A stretch of 64,000 nucleotides of DNA from Thermodesulfobacteriota bacterium (GCA_963675595.2 CAXXLZ010000001.1:672001-736000), one strand, 5' to 3'. Shown: positions 39,643 to 50,200, counted from the stretch's first letter. Numbers and translations are program-made. The notes: generated by a model not told the origin, from the sequence alone.

Positions 39643-41283
39643 CTAGTAATAAAGTACGCTTTCAGGAAGCCGAAATGTTTCGGCGGGTCGATCCCTCTGA
39701 GCGATCAGCTTTTCCATCAGGAAGTGCGAGCGCAGCAGCATTTCCTTCGCAAAGGACTGATTCAGTTCAAATCGGGTCGACGTGAAAAAGGATCTGGCCA
39801 ACGCCAGAGTCATTCGAAACTCGAAAGTAACGTCTTGGTTCTCACGGGCATAATCACCGAAGAACGAGTAGAAACGTTTTATGGTGCCGTTCAGACGTTT
39901 TCGCAGCTCCGGTTCAAACACGGGGAGACGAAAATTGGAGACCAGGAAAACGGAGGCGTCCTGCACGTAGTCGGCTCTTTGAGAACGATACAGGTCAATG
40001 AATCGAATCTTTTTCCGACTGTAATCGTACACCACGTTGCTGATGTTGAAGTCTCCGTGGATAAACACCGTGAAAGGTGCGGGGACGTTTCCCTCCAATT
40101 GGGCGCACTCCTCGACGAGCCGACGTGATGATGGTAGGTCCAAATCGTCGATTCCGGCCTGAGGCCTCAGAGAGGCCGGGTGCACTTGAGAAACGCCGGA
40201 AAGCCGGGATTTGAGCTGTCCAAAGTAATCCGTGGAAACGGGCCCGTTGGTTCGCGTGAGTCTCCATGCCTGTAGAAGCGTTCTCTGGAGCGCTTCGCAG
40301 GCTTCGTAGAGGAGATCGTCCCCCGAGGTCAGCACCACTTCGTCCAAAGTCTGCCCCGAGATGAATTCAACGAGGAGGGAGGCCTTGTCGTCCTGTTCAT
40401 GATAACCGAAGACGCGGGGTGCGATTCCGGGCAGAATCGCGTCCCATTCTCGGATGTTGTTTTTTTCCTTCAAAATTTTCTGAACGTTTCCTTCTTTGAA
40501 CACGCCTTCGGATTCGGTGCCGGATTCCAGCTTCTGATGCACCTTGCTGATTCTGCAACCGGAACGCGATCCCCAGATGGCCTGAAAATCGATGTCCGAT
40601 AAGGGGCCGTCAAAACCCGACTTGGAGAGGGTCTCCCGAAGAGCTTCGAATTGTCTGATTTTAATTCGCTCTCCCAGGATCGAGAATAAGAGGGCCTCGC
40701 CGATGTTTAAGAGGGAGTCTCCGATCCGTTCCAAATACCGGAAGATGAACAGGGTGGTCAGCAGATTGGGGATATCTCCTGATTGTCTCAGCTGGTCCAT
40801 GATCCAGTCGAAGCTGGTCTTGTACATCTTGTCCAGGGTCAATTCCACTTTGCAGATATCCAAAGCCCCGGATAAGTCCCTGGTTACGTAAACGGGAAGG
40901 ATTTTGGAGAGCGCGGTCCTGATTTCCGAAAACATTTCCTTGGTATCGAGCTTCTGGAGCGGAGAATGATCGGCAAGATAATCCGTTTGTTTGGCTATGT
41001 TGACAAAGAAGTCCGCAATCCTTTCCAAGTTGACACTGATGACATGTATGGCCCTTATTCGCTTTATGTGCTTATCCGTCAATCCCGAGGAAGAGTGAAT
41101 CATAGAAAAGCATTTGTCCTCGACGCGATTCTTCAGATTATCCACATAGTCATCTTTGGAAATTATTTTGGATATATCGTGTTCGTTTCGGTTAAATAGT
41201 ACACCAAGCGTAAGGTTCAATTGTGCTTGAACCTCAATGACAATGAATTCCATTATTTCTTCTATGGTGTCTAATGATATCAT
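39643..41283 (-). CDS. PhoU-domain / APH-like phosphotransferase fusion
   Basis: Two PhoU repeats (DDYVDNL, LERIAD, LERIGD); kinase-like IHGDFNISN and FIDL. Confidence 0.85.
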   Translation of the reverse strand: MISLDTIEEIMEFIVIEVQAQLNLTLGVLFNRNEHDISKIISKDDYVDNLKNRVEDKCFSMIHSSSGLTDKHIKRIRAIHVISVNLERIADFFVNIAKQTDYLADHSPLQKLDTKEMFSEIRTALSKILPVYVTRDLSGALDICKVELTLDKMYKTSFDWIMDQLRQSGDIPNLLTTLFIFRYLERIGDSLLNIGEALLFSILGERIKIRQFEALRETLSKSGFDGPLSDIDFQAIWGSRSGCRISKVHQKLESGTESEGVFKEGNVQKILKEKNNIREWDAILPGIAPRVFGYHEQDDKASLLVEFISGQTLDEVVLTSGDDLLYEACEALQRTLLQAWRLTRTNGPVSTDYFGQLKSRLSGVSQVHPASLRPQAGIDDLDLPSSRRLVEECAQLEGNVPAPFTVFIHGDFNISNVVYDYSRKKIRFIDLYRSQRADYVQDASVFLVSNFRLPVFEPELRKRLNGTIKRFYSFFGDYARENQDVTFEFRMTLALARSFFTSTRFELNQSFAKEMLLRSHFLMEKLIAQRDRPAETFRLPESVLYY

Positions 41284-41284
41284 G

Positions 41285-41554
41285 TCATTTAGTACTGATA
41301 GTTAGTTTGTCCTTATCGTCGTTACCTGAGACGTTTTTCCATGATATTCTCAGACTTAATCTGCTTCTGTCCCCTTCATTCTTTGCCTTTATTTTAATCT
41401 TAAGCAAATCTTTTGGAAAAAGAATGATTTCATTTTGCTCTGAGGTGAAGGTTAGCTTACCACTCTCAAAACCATGGATAAGAGATTCCAAGTATTTCTT
41501 TATAGTCTCGGAGTCTTGATAGGATTCAAATTCAAATTCTTCCTGTTTGGGCAT
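41285..41554 (-). CDS. amphi-Trp domain protein
   Basis: FEFESYQD..IKKYLESL..GF, KIKAK..LSLRISW. Confidence 0.85.
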   Translation of the reverse strand: MPKQEEFEFESYQDSETIKKYLESLIHGFESGKLTFTSEQNEIILFPKDLLKIKIKAKNEGDRSRLSLRISWKNVSGNDDKDKLTISTK

Positions 41555-41589
41555 TGAGAATTCCCTTTATTCCATTAGGTCTTATCAGA

Positions 41590-41619
41590 AAAATATGCTG
41601 AAATGAATCATCGTGTCAA
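41590..41619 (-). promoter_or_regulatory. sigma70-type promoter of the GAK operon
   Basis: TTGACA-18 nt-TATTTT just upstream of the amphi-Trp gene. Confidence 0.45.
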
Positions 41620-41989
41620 GTCGGCTCAGGAAATGTAACAAATAAGAAAGGTTTGCATCAATCAACTCAGGATCCGGGGGATTTCAGAAGCAGGTGCTTT
41701 CATTTCCAGATGATGATTGCAGGTAATGTTAGTCGACTCTATTCAGTACTTGGTAAGAGTCGAGAAGGCACCGCGAACGGCATCCTGTCAAGAGTCGGTG
41801 GGATTTGGGAGAGTAAGGTTTCACCTTTCGGTCACCGAGAACGATCATGCGGGAATACCCGCAGGAAGTCCGTCCGAGCCGACGACGATTTCGGAGTGAA
41901 AGTGAGATGGGAAGATGGGGTGTCCACCTCGTTCGTCGGTCCGTAACCGGTTGTGAGAAGCAGGGATGTGGGGCCGAATATTCGGGAGG

Positions 41990-42406
41990 TCAGGTTTCGA
42001 CTTCCGTCCCGTCCTCCTCGGGACTTTCCAGGTCCGGCAATGGTACTTCGGGTGGCGACTCCTTCTCCGCTTTGTATTTCTTGGCGGGCGGACGAGGGAC
42101 GTATCGTTCCCCGAAGTCTTCATAAATCCGGGCGGCGCATTCAGGATTGTGTCCGACGAAAAGCTTGAATGAGAAGAACCCCTGTTCCTGCAGGTCTTCG
42201 TCCTGGAGCCGCAGAAGCAATCCCCTCACTTCGTCGGCGCTTCGCGCCATTTCCATACGTGCGGGAAAAAACGAGCCGTCCAGCAATTGGATCACCGCGT
42301 TGGAGTAATTACGGTCAATGTACTTGCCGAAGTTCTCCTTGGTGGCCGGCTGCATCGCGGCACGGAACTTAACGAGCTTGGCAACTTCTTCCCAGGGACC
42401 CACCAC
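41990..42406 (-). CDS. hypothetical protein
   Basis: GGAGG RBS, GTG start, protein-like composition, co-oriented downstream of bamD. Confidence 0.6.
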   Translation of the reverse strand: MVGPWEEVAKLVKFRAAMQPATKENFGKYIDRNYSNAVIQLLDGSFFPARMEMARSADEVRGLLLRLQDEDLQEQGFFSFKLFVGHNPECAARIYEDFGERYVPRPPAKKYKAEKESPPEVPLPDLESPEEDGTEVET

Positions 42407-42504
42407 GGATACCGTCCTCCATAAATCAGGAAAAACATCCTGCGACGATGCCGACGATGCGACGTGCCGATACGGAAAGCGCGAGAGGTCGCACCGCCGT
42501 CATA

Positions 42505-43251
42505 TTACCGGCTTTCAGCCGTATCCGTCTCTTGGCTTTCCCGCTGCTTTTCCTCGACACGCGCCTGTCGTTGTTCGATTTCGTCCAGATATCTCAGGGC
42601 TTCCCGATATTCCCCCTGGTCGGGAAAATTCCGAATCACTCCCTGAAATCTCGCTCGGGCCGCTTCGTATTTCTTTTGGACGTAGTAGAATTTCCCCACG
42701 TACATTTCATATCGGGCCAAGTGATTCAGGCTTTCGTTCAGCCTGTTTTCTCCTCGGATGGCGTAGGGGCTGTTGGGATAGGTCTTGATCAGTCGGTCGA
42801 ACTCGGCAGCCGCCTTTCGGGCGACTTCCTGGTCCTGATCGATGTCGGGCATCTGTTTGAAGTAGCACATGCCGATTTGGTAAATGATGTACGGAATGAC
42901 CGGATTTCTTGGATGCAGCTTCTCGAAATCCTGATAGGCGTAAATCGCTTCCGGGTATTCCTCACGAAGGTAGTGGGCGTCGGCGATTTTCTGCTCGGCC
43001 AGGAGCACGTGTCTGCTGAAGGGGAACCTGTCCTTCACCGCCTGGAACAGCTCAATGGAGCGTTTGTAGCTTCCTGAATTGAAGGCTTCGATTCCCTGCT
43101 GAATCAACACGTCGTCGGATTGGGGGAGGGGTTCCCGGTCAAACAGGGCGCATCCGCCAAGGTTCAGGGTTCCCAGAATCCAAAGCACACCCAGCAGGGC
43201 TGCGAGACCGCGAGTCCGTCTCGGCATGTTTCTCAGCGCCATATAAGGCAT
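42505..43251 (-). CDS. bamD: outer membrane protein assembly factor BamD
   Basis: Lipobox LGGC, RFPFS, F.KLHP.N, DQDQ..A..F..LIKTYPNSPY, E.YVGKFY. Confidence 0.9.
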   Translation of the reverse strand: MPYMALRNMPRRTRGLAALLGVLWILGTLNLGGCALFDREPLPQSDDVLIQQGIEAFNSGSYKRSIELFQAVKDRFPFSRHVLLAEQKIADAHYLREEYPEAIYAYQDFEKLHPRNPVIPYIIYQIGMCYFKQMPDIDQDQEVARKAAAEFDRLIKTYPNSPYAIRGENRLNESLNHLARYEMYVGKFYYVQKKYEAARARFQGVIRNFPDQGEYREALRYLDEIEQRQARVEEKQRESQETDTAESR

Positions 43252-43460
43252 CGGCCTTTTCTCCCGTGGCGTCCGCGATCCGTCGAAAATCCCTTGTGCG
43301 GCGTCATCAAACGCCACATGCCCCAGCGGGGGGGGCCATGAGAACTCGGGAACTCCGAAAACCCTCGACGCTCTCGTTTCCGGTGAACTTGGAGCCCCGC
43401 CCCGCGCCCGGCGGGTCTCCTTTGTTTGACATTGGATCACGAGTCAAGGGACGTATCCCC

Positions 43461-43790
43461 TTATACCACCTTCTTGATGGCTTCTTCGATGTGGCTCTTG
43501 GAGACGGCGCCGGTAATCTGGTTGGCCACGTCGCCGCCTTTGAACAAAATCAAAGTGGGGATGGCACGGATTCCGTACTTACCCGGGGTCTTGGGGTTTT
43601 CATCCACGTTCATCTTCGCAACTTTGATTTGACCGTCATACTGATCTGCGAGCTCATCGATGACGGGCGCAATGGCTCTGCAAGGTCCGCACCAAGCCGC
43701 CCAAAAGTCCACAAGGGAGGGTAAGTCGGAGTTCAGTATCTGTTCTTCAAAGGTATCGTCAGTGACCTGAATGATGTTTTTTCCAGCCAT
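43461..43790 (-). CDS. trxA: thioredoxin
   Basis: VDFWAAWCGPC, YGIRAIPTL. Confidence 0.97.
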   Translation of the reverse strand: MAGKNIIQVTDDTFEEQILNSDLPSLVDFWAAWCGPCRAIAPVIDELADQYDGQIKVAKMNVDENPKTPGKYGIRAIPTLILFKGGDVANQITGAVSKSHIEEAIKKVV

Positions 43791-44042
43791 TCGGGACTCC
43801 TTCCTGTCTTGTTGGATGAGCGCGAATCCGAGTCTGTTTCCTTGCCGGGTATCAATAACGCTTTTGGCCTGGACGTGTCAAACTCTCAAACCGTCGGCCG
43901 GCGACGGGTGACCCGTCATCTCGGTGCTTTCCGATGCCGCGGGCGCGGCGAACGCCGGATGAATCTGAATTTTGCTTGACTATCCCACCTGCTGTGATAA
44001 TCTAATTCGCTTATACCATGATTCCATGAGAGGGGGGATAGG

Positions 44043-44132
44043 ATGTCCAGTGTCGTCAAAAAGCGTCGGAAGAAAATGAGCAAGCATAAACACCGCAAAT
44101 TACGACGCAGAAATCGTCACAAGAACAAGTAA
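44043..44132 (+). CDS. 29-aa basic peptide, bS22 / AURKAIP1-COX24 family
   Basis: Below the ORF-track cutoff: MSSVVKKRRKKMSKHKHRKLRRRNRHKNK; purine-rich RBS; hairpin downstream. Confidence 0.85.
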   Translation: MSSVVKKRRKKMSKHKHRKLRRRNRHKNK

Positions 44133-44243
44133 GCTCAGGTCTTTTGGGCTATTATCCGCCCAAGTGCAACGGGCCGACCGGGCGCCTCACCCGGTCCGGC
44201 CCGGACCGGGCGTGCCGCTTGCCGTACCGAATACCTCCCACGG

Positions 44244-44975
44244 TCACTTCATCAGGTCATGAAAGTACTCAACGGATGGAAATTCATCGTGGTACCGGGG
44301 TGGTCCGGTAAGCGTGGCTCGAGCCTTGTACAATACATGCGCCACACCGTGATTTCTCGCCGCTCGAAGAGCCTCCGTGTTATCGTCCACCAGTACCGTG
44401 ACGGCCGGATCAAAACCCAGCAACTTCTCGGCGCGCTTCCAGAATAGAAGGTCTTCCTTAGGGCGGCCCACTTCGAACGCGCTAAGCACCGCGTCGAAAT
44501 GGTCGAGAATTGGACACCGCTCCATTTTGGTCGCCAGAGTGAGAGGGTGGGCGTTGGTCACCAGGTGCAGCGGCTTCCCCAGTTCCCCCACGAAACGGAG
44601 AAACTCGATCACCCCGGGAAGCAATGCCACTTCATGGGCCGCCGCACGCTGGAGTTTCACCAAATCCAGGCGGAAAGCGGCACTCCAGTACTCCACGTCG
44701 TACCACTCCAAAGTACCGCTCATTTCACTATAAGCGGCATGAGTGTGGGCTTTGGCCTCTTCCAGGGTAATGCCGTGCGTCTCGCTGAGGGCGTTGGGAA
44801 CTCTCTCGCGCCAGAAACGATTGTCGAAATCAAGGTCGAGGAGTGTGCCGTCCATGTCCAGAAGAACGTGCGAGACCTCAGCCCACTCGAAACCTCGTCC
44901 CGTATCCGCTTGGTTCTTCCTGTCGGACGGATTCACTCGTGTCGTCCCGGTAGTCTTCTCAGCAGCTTTCCTCAT
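44244..44975 (-). CDS. HAD-family hydrolase (YrfG-like GMP/IMP nucleotidase)
   Basis: LLDMDGTLLDL.FDN.FW, LVTNAH, PKE, VDD; ATGA overlap with the upstream gene. Confidence 0.88.
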   Translation of the reverse strand: MRKAAEKTTGTTRVNPSDRKNQADTGRGFEWAEVSHVLLDMDGTLLDLDFDNRFWRERVPNALSETHGITLEEAKAHTHAAYSEMSGTLEWYDVEYWSAAFRLDLVKLQRAAAHEVALLPGVIEFLRFVGELGKPLHLVTNAHPLTLATKMERCPILDHFDAVLSAFEVGRPKEDLLFWKRAEKLLGFDPAVTVLVDDNTEALRAARNHGVAHVLYKARATLTGPPRYHDEFPSVEYFHDLMK

Positions 44976-45529
44976 TCCGGAAGTTCCACTTGCTCCGGTT
45001 TGCCGCGACGTATCCCGAACATCTCTCTGAACCATCTTGGAAATTGTCCCGTCAGTCGGTCTTCGATTACCAGACCGCATCCCGCCGCGGCTCCGTCAAC
45101 GCGAAGAAACACATATCCTTCCTCGCATGGGCGAGTCAGACGCAGGACCTCTCCTTGCAGAAGACGGATCAGTGTGGGTTCATCCAGTTCCAAAACGTTC
45201 TTGGTGGCCGCCGTACCGATCCATTGAAGGGCTGCGCTTGTGGGTTTCAGATACTTTCGAATACGACGCAGTACGGGGAGTCCCGGTGAAACCATGTCGT
45301 AACCGGAGACTTCCTCAAGATGTTCGCTCTTCAGGATCATGTAGTACGTATTGCCTCTCCTGGCGATGTGAACGTCTGAGAACTTCTGCGGAGAAACCCC
45401 GAATCGAGCCTGGAAATAGGAGACCGTTTCAAGATGAGGTTTCGGGTCTGACCACGCAGGCCACGAAGAATCCGACCGAGTGCACTTGGTGCGGGTAGAT
45501 TCGTGCGCATTTTTCAACGTTTCTTTCAT
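44972..45529 (-). CDS. RsmF/NOL1-associated C-terminal (PUA-like) module; start uncertain
   Basis: YFQARFG, KPTSAALQWIG..ATKNVLEL, GYVFL..GCG. Confidence 0.6.
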   Translation of the reverse strand: MKETLKNAHESTRTKCTRSDSSWPAWSDPKPHLETVSYFQARFGVSPQKFSDVHIARRGNTYYMILKSEHLEEVSGYDMVSPGLPVLRRIRKYLKPTSAALQWIGTAATKNVLELDEPTLIRLLQGEVLRLTRPCEEGYVFLRVDGAAAGCGLVIEDRLTGQFPRWFREMFGIRRGKPEQVELPE

Positions 45530-46349
45530 AAGATCGACCCTGATATTCGGTAATACCTCTGCTGTGAGAAAGCGGGGGAGATACGGTTTCCATTGACGCG
45601 TCCGTGCGGTCCAGCAATTGGGCGACCACGGCCTCATTCTCTTCCGGATTGAAGGTGCAGGTACTGTAAACTAGTCTGCCGCCGGGCTTGAGTACCTCAT
45701 AACCTCTTGAGATGAGTCTTTTCTGGAGTTCGGTCAGGCTTCGTGAGGCCTTTCTGAGGCGCGAAGGTCGATGATAGGCCTTATAGCCCTGTTTGCCCTC
45801 CCCCGAACACGGCGCGTCCACAAGGACTCGGTCGAATAAGGTCCTTTTGGGGAAATCCTCGCCTCCATATCCGACGGTAATCGTATTCATCACGCCCAAA
45901 CGTGTCAGTGTGTTCCCTAAAGCAGGCATTCGGCCGGCCTTTTTCTCGTTGGCCACGATCAGGCCAGAGTTGTCCATTTCCTGGGCCATCTGACTCGTCT
46001 TGCCGCCCGGAGCGGCGCAAAGATCCAGCACCTTCATTCCCGGACCCGGCTCCAGCATCCATACGGGTACGTGGGAAGTCAGGGCCTGAATATGACACAA
46101 TCCCATCAAGAATTCCAAAGAGCTTCCGGCGGCCCAGTGGCCGGGCGCTGAAAAAAGATGGGGGTGGACCTTTAGCGGCTCAAGAAGGATTCCGGACCTG
46201 GAACACCGGCTTCTTAGCTCTTCCGGAGAGCTTCTCAGTGTATTGGCCCTAACGACCGTCCTCGGAGGGTCGCGAAAGGCCTCCATGAAGTCGTTGAAGT
46301 CCGGAATGAAATCTCGGTAACTATCGAACGGATGTGGTTCCGACATCAT
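45429..46349 (-). CDS. RsmB/NOP (RsmF-like) RNA m5C methyltransferase
   Basis: RANTL, VLDLCAAPGGKT, FDRVLVDAPCSGEG, LVYSTCT..PEENE. Confidence 0.93.
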   Translation of the reverse strand: MMSEPHPFDSYRDFIPDFNDFMEAFRDPPRTVVRANTLRSSPEELRSRCSRSGILLEPLKVHPHLFSAPGHWAAGSSLEFLMGLCHIQALTSHVPVWMLEPGPGMKVLDLCAAPGGKTSQMAQEMDNSGLIVANEKKAGRMPALGNTLTRLGVMNTITVGYGGEDFPKRTLFDRVLVDAPCSGEGKQGYKAYHRPSRLRKASRSLTELQKRLISRGYEVLKPGGRLVYSTCTFNPEENEAVVAQLLDRTDASMETVSPPLSHSRGITEYQGRSYERNVEKCARIYPHQVHSVGFFVACVVRPETSS

Positions 46350-46750
46350 ACGGGTCGCGGGTTCCGGTTCTCGGGAAAAACGTTGTTGACCAAACGCGAT
46401 AAACTCTTGGTGGGAGAAAGATGCGGGCCGTGCGGCTCATGAGCGGCAGTTGCACCGCTCGCACAGCTTTCTCCGGCACGGCGGATTGGGTCGAAAAGTG
46501 ATCGGAAAAGGGAATTTGCGAAAACCGGCCGACTCGTTCCCTCTCCCGTTCGTCCGGCGGCTGCGGCGGATTGCCTTGCCGCGGCATGACCCGGGAAGAA
46601 TCGAACCGACACGGTGCGAGCCCGGGAAAGTCTGCTCCGCCGAATCACTCGGAAGCAACATTGGGGCTGACAAACCCTGCAGCCCTCAACGCCTCGGACG
46701 ACCCGGCCCGGGAGCGCCGACGAATTCAAACTTCCCCGTTTCTTTGCCCA

Positions 46751-47059
46751 TCAGTCCATGTCGTCTTCGTCCTCGGACGACATTTCCGAGGAGGACCATT
46801 CGGGGTCGTCTTCGTCCTCGGACGGTTCCATATCCTCGTCCAGCAATTCTTCATCCTCTTCCTTGGAGTCGACCTCAAGGCTGACCGGAGACGACTCCGG
46901 TTCCTTGAAGATCGCATCTACCGCTATGCCTTTTTTCCTCAACCAGGATTTGGAGATTTTCTTCGACTCCGAGCCTACTTGACACAAAATCCAAGTTCCT
47001 CCGTCCTGGAGTACTTCGATGGCTCCCCAAGTGGGATGTTCGATGGTCGGGTTCGCCAT
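46751..47059 (-). CDS. hypothetical protein with a highly acidic tail
   Basis: IEHPTWG N-terminal domain; D/E-rich C-terminus. Confidence 0.65.
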   Translation of the reverse strand: MANPTIEHPTWGAIEVLQDGGTWILCQVGSESKKISKSWLRKKGIAVDAIFKEPESSPVSLEVDSKEEDEELLDEDMEPSEDEDDPEWSSSEMSSEDEDDMD

Positions 47060-47234
47060 AGTTTGCCGCCGCCCCTTTCTATGGATTCATCTCGAACCCC
47101 GCCGTGGTGAACAGCAGGGAGGCTTCCGTATATCATCAACCGCGGGCGTGAGCAAGGAGTGAATCTTATCTCCCGACGGTTTCGACGAGTCTCCCATGAC
47201 AGACCAAGGCCGGTTCAACGCAGGGTTGGAATAT

Positions 47235-50200
47235 TCATTGACGCTGGACCGATGAGGGGCGTGGATCGTCGGCATCGCCCAGGAGCCGAACAATCAGGTT
47301 TTGTCCGAGGTCCGATTCACCTCCTTGGCTTTCGCCCAGCCACGACAGGGGCAGGATGAGGTCCGCGGTCACGTTCATGTCCGGCCAATAAGTCGTTCCT
47401 ATAATTTTCGCGGAGGGTTCGTCGTGCTTGTCCAACCGCAGTTCGAAGTTCACCATCCCTTGATGAATTTGGTATGCGCCGTGCAAACCGGAAAGCCGCA
47501 TGGGCTCGCTTGCCCGTCTGTTCAGAACTGCGGCTTCCGAGGTTGGTTCCGTCACCTTACGGAGATAGTCGAACCCCAACCGGATGCCTTCGGACCCGTC
47601 AAGCGTGCCTTGCCCGCTCAGCGTGGATCGAAAGGCCTGCGGATTACCGCATTCCCCTGAGAGTTCCGTTTGAAAACGGAATTTGCCCAGAAGCGTCGAG
47701 ACGGGGAAACCAAACAAAGGGAAGGTTCGCCGAAGCGACGCGAATGTTTCGGAGTCCGATTTTATGTCTTCCCCTTGAAGACTCAGTCGGGCAACGGAAC
47801 TCCGGCCATTCAACGACACCTTGCCGCTTCCCGAAATACTCCCGCCGAAGGGATGCCCTTCCACGTTCGTCAGACGGAGTTCTTTTTCTCTCAGGGATAA
47901 CGAAACGGAGAAATCGGGGATGGGCACGTCCATCGTCAAAAGGGTTTCGGCGCCGATATTGAGATCGGCACCAAAGGTGCCGGGCGGGTTCATGAGAAAT
48001 CCGTCGGCCATATGTTTCGGGCCGTCGGACGGTATCGGACGTCGCAGGGCTTCGAGTGCGTCGGCGAGTGAAAAGAACAGGTCCGGCTCCAACACATCCG
48101 CGAAGGCGTTCACGCTTAGATGGGAAGAGGGCCATTCGGCGTAATCTCGGACTTGTCCTGAGAGGCTCATGGTGTGGCCCGCCATGGTGATCGAAAGGCT
48201 TTGGGATTTCAAGGCGGCCGGATCGGCCGAGATCACTCCGGTCAGTTCGGGCACGAAAGCGTGGGGCATGGATTCAACATAGCTCAGCACATGGGGCGGC
48301 AGGGCGGGCAAACCCGGCATCGAGTCATCCGGGTCGGGTATCAGCGAATAACGTACCCGGTCCAATTCCACTTGACCCTTCAAACGGGGTAGCCCGAATG
48401 AGAGGCTTGGCTCTCGGTCCATCGGTATGCGTCCCTCAAGGTGGAATCCGAGCCTGCCCGAAGCTTTGCGTTGGGCCATTCTCGGGCAGTATGTCGAGAA
48501 CTCGTCCAGATCCAGTAGGGGAAGATCGGCTTTGGCGTCAAGCTCCTTCCAAGGCGGCATGGCGGAGGCTTCAACGTTAAGGGTCAACGGACCCAAAACG
48601 AACAGACCGTCGTCCACGTGAAACTCTTTGCCCCAACGTCCGATGATGTTTACTTGCGCCGGGACTCCCCGAGGTTTCATCAACCGGTCGTCTATCCGGA
48701 TGCCGGCGTCCGCCAACGCCGTCTTCAAGTCTATAGAGGAATTCGCTGAGTCGTATCGCGCGACGCGGGCGGACAGCACGGCGGATCCGGATAGAATCAG
48801 AGACTCCGGCTTCAGACCAAGGCCGGATAGGAGCGCATCCAGGGAGTCCAGGTCAGCTTTGGCTTGAACGTTCATTCCTCCGGCATCACCCGCCACGCTT
48901 CCGTGGGCGCTCATCTTGAGAGTCCTAGACGACACCTCGGCGAACCGGACCTCCGTGAGACTTTCAGCGGCATTTGTGGAAACGTCGAACTCAAAAGAGG
49001 CCTTGGGCTCCCGAAAGGGTCGAGCCCGTTCTTCCCCGGTTATCTCGACGTCGACAAAGTCCATTCTCCCACTGCAGTGTCTTGTGCCTTGCTCATCCGG
49101 AGATTGGATGGATCCTTGAAAGCTATAAAGTCCTCTGAGCCTACCATCGAGTCCGAGAAGCGGCCCCAAGCAACGTGCCAAGCTTTCCAGGTTTACGCTC
49201 CATTCATTTTCCGCGTTGAGGATCGTTCGGTGCCAAGGCAGGGGAATTTCGGCGTTCAGGTGACCATCCAGTCCCGCCGAGGTGGAATGAACCAGCAACC
49301 GAATGGGTTTGGTCCCCTCTGCGGAAGGGGCGGCGCGCGTTTCCATGCGTATCAGAAAATCGTCGAAAGAAATCGCCTTGCCTCTGAAAGCGTCGGCGGT
49401 CAACATCAGGCCGTTTGCCGTCAGTTCGACCTTGAGAGGTTTTTCAGGTGAGTTGCGGGGCACATCCGCGTGCAGTTCGACGAAGCCCTCGGACCTGAAA
49501 CCCGGAAACAAGGATTGCAGCGAGGACTGAAGATGCTCCGGAGTCAGGAGTAGATCTAATTGGGTACCTTCTTTCCAGGAGTTTCCGTGAGGGCCGAGAC
49601 GCACGGTGCCACGCCACGCCAGTGTCAGACCCGGGAGCGACAGTTCTCCCGAGGAGCTCAGTCGATTCGGCTCCGATTCAAAGGAACCCTCGAGCGCATC
49701 CACGGCAATTTGGGACGAAGCCCCAGTGGCCTGATTATGCAGGTGCAGAACCGCGCCCCGGACCGCGGTGTCGGCTACCCTGAGAGAAGAAGAGTCCGCT
49801 CCAAAGACGGAGGCCGCTACCGGAGACGGAACCGGCATCTTCCACCATACGCCCGCTTTGCCCGGCAAATTGAAACGTCCATCGGACATCCGGACAACGG
49901 ACAGCACGGGTTGCTCTACCGAGAGGGACGAGATGGACAGCCTGGAACGCAGCAGTGGAAGCAAACGGACGTGAGCCTCGATTTTCGCCGCGGTGAGGAA
50001 AGGTTGGTCGTATCCCACGTCCCGACGTTCCTCCACTACCAGATCGGAAGCGGAAAGTGTCAGGCCCCAAAGGAGGCTTGCTGTGACTTCTCCCACGTGT
50101 ACCCGACGACCCGTCAGGTGGGAAATTCGATCGGCCAGGATGGACTCCAGGGGAAGGAACCACAGAACCGCCTGAAGCAGGAGCCAGAGCCCGAGCAAAG

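Noticed and set aside
41610-41645. Pho box upstream of the GAK operon
   Set aside because: The TGTTACA and TTGACA half-sites lack the 11-bp periodicity
46346-46729. 127-aa ORF with CxxC and CC
   Set aside because: Composition is Arg/Ala/Ser-rich as expected from a GC-rich non-coding frame; no recognisable family
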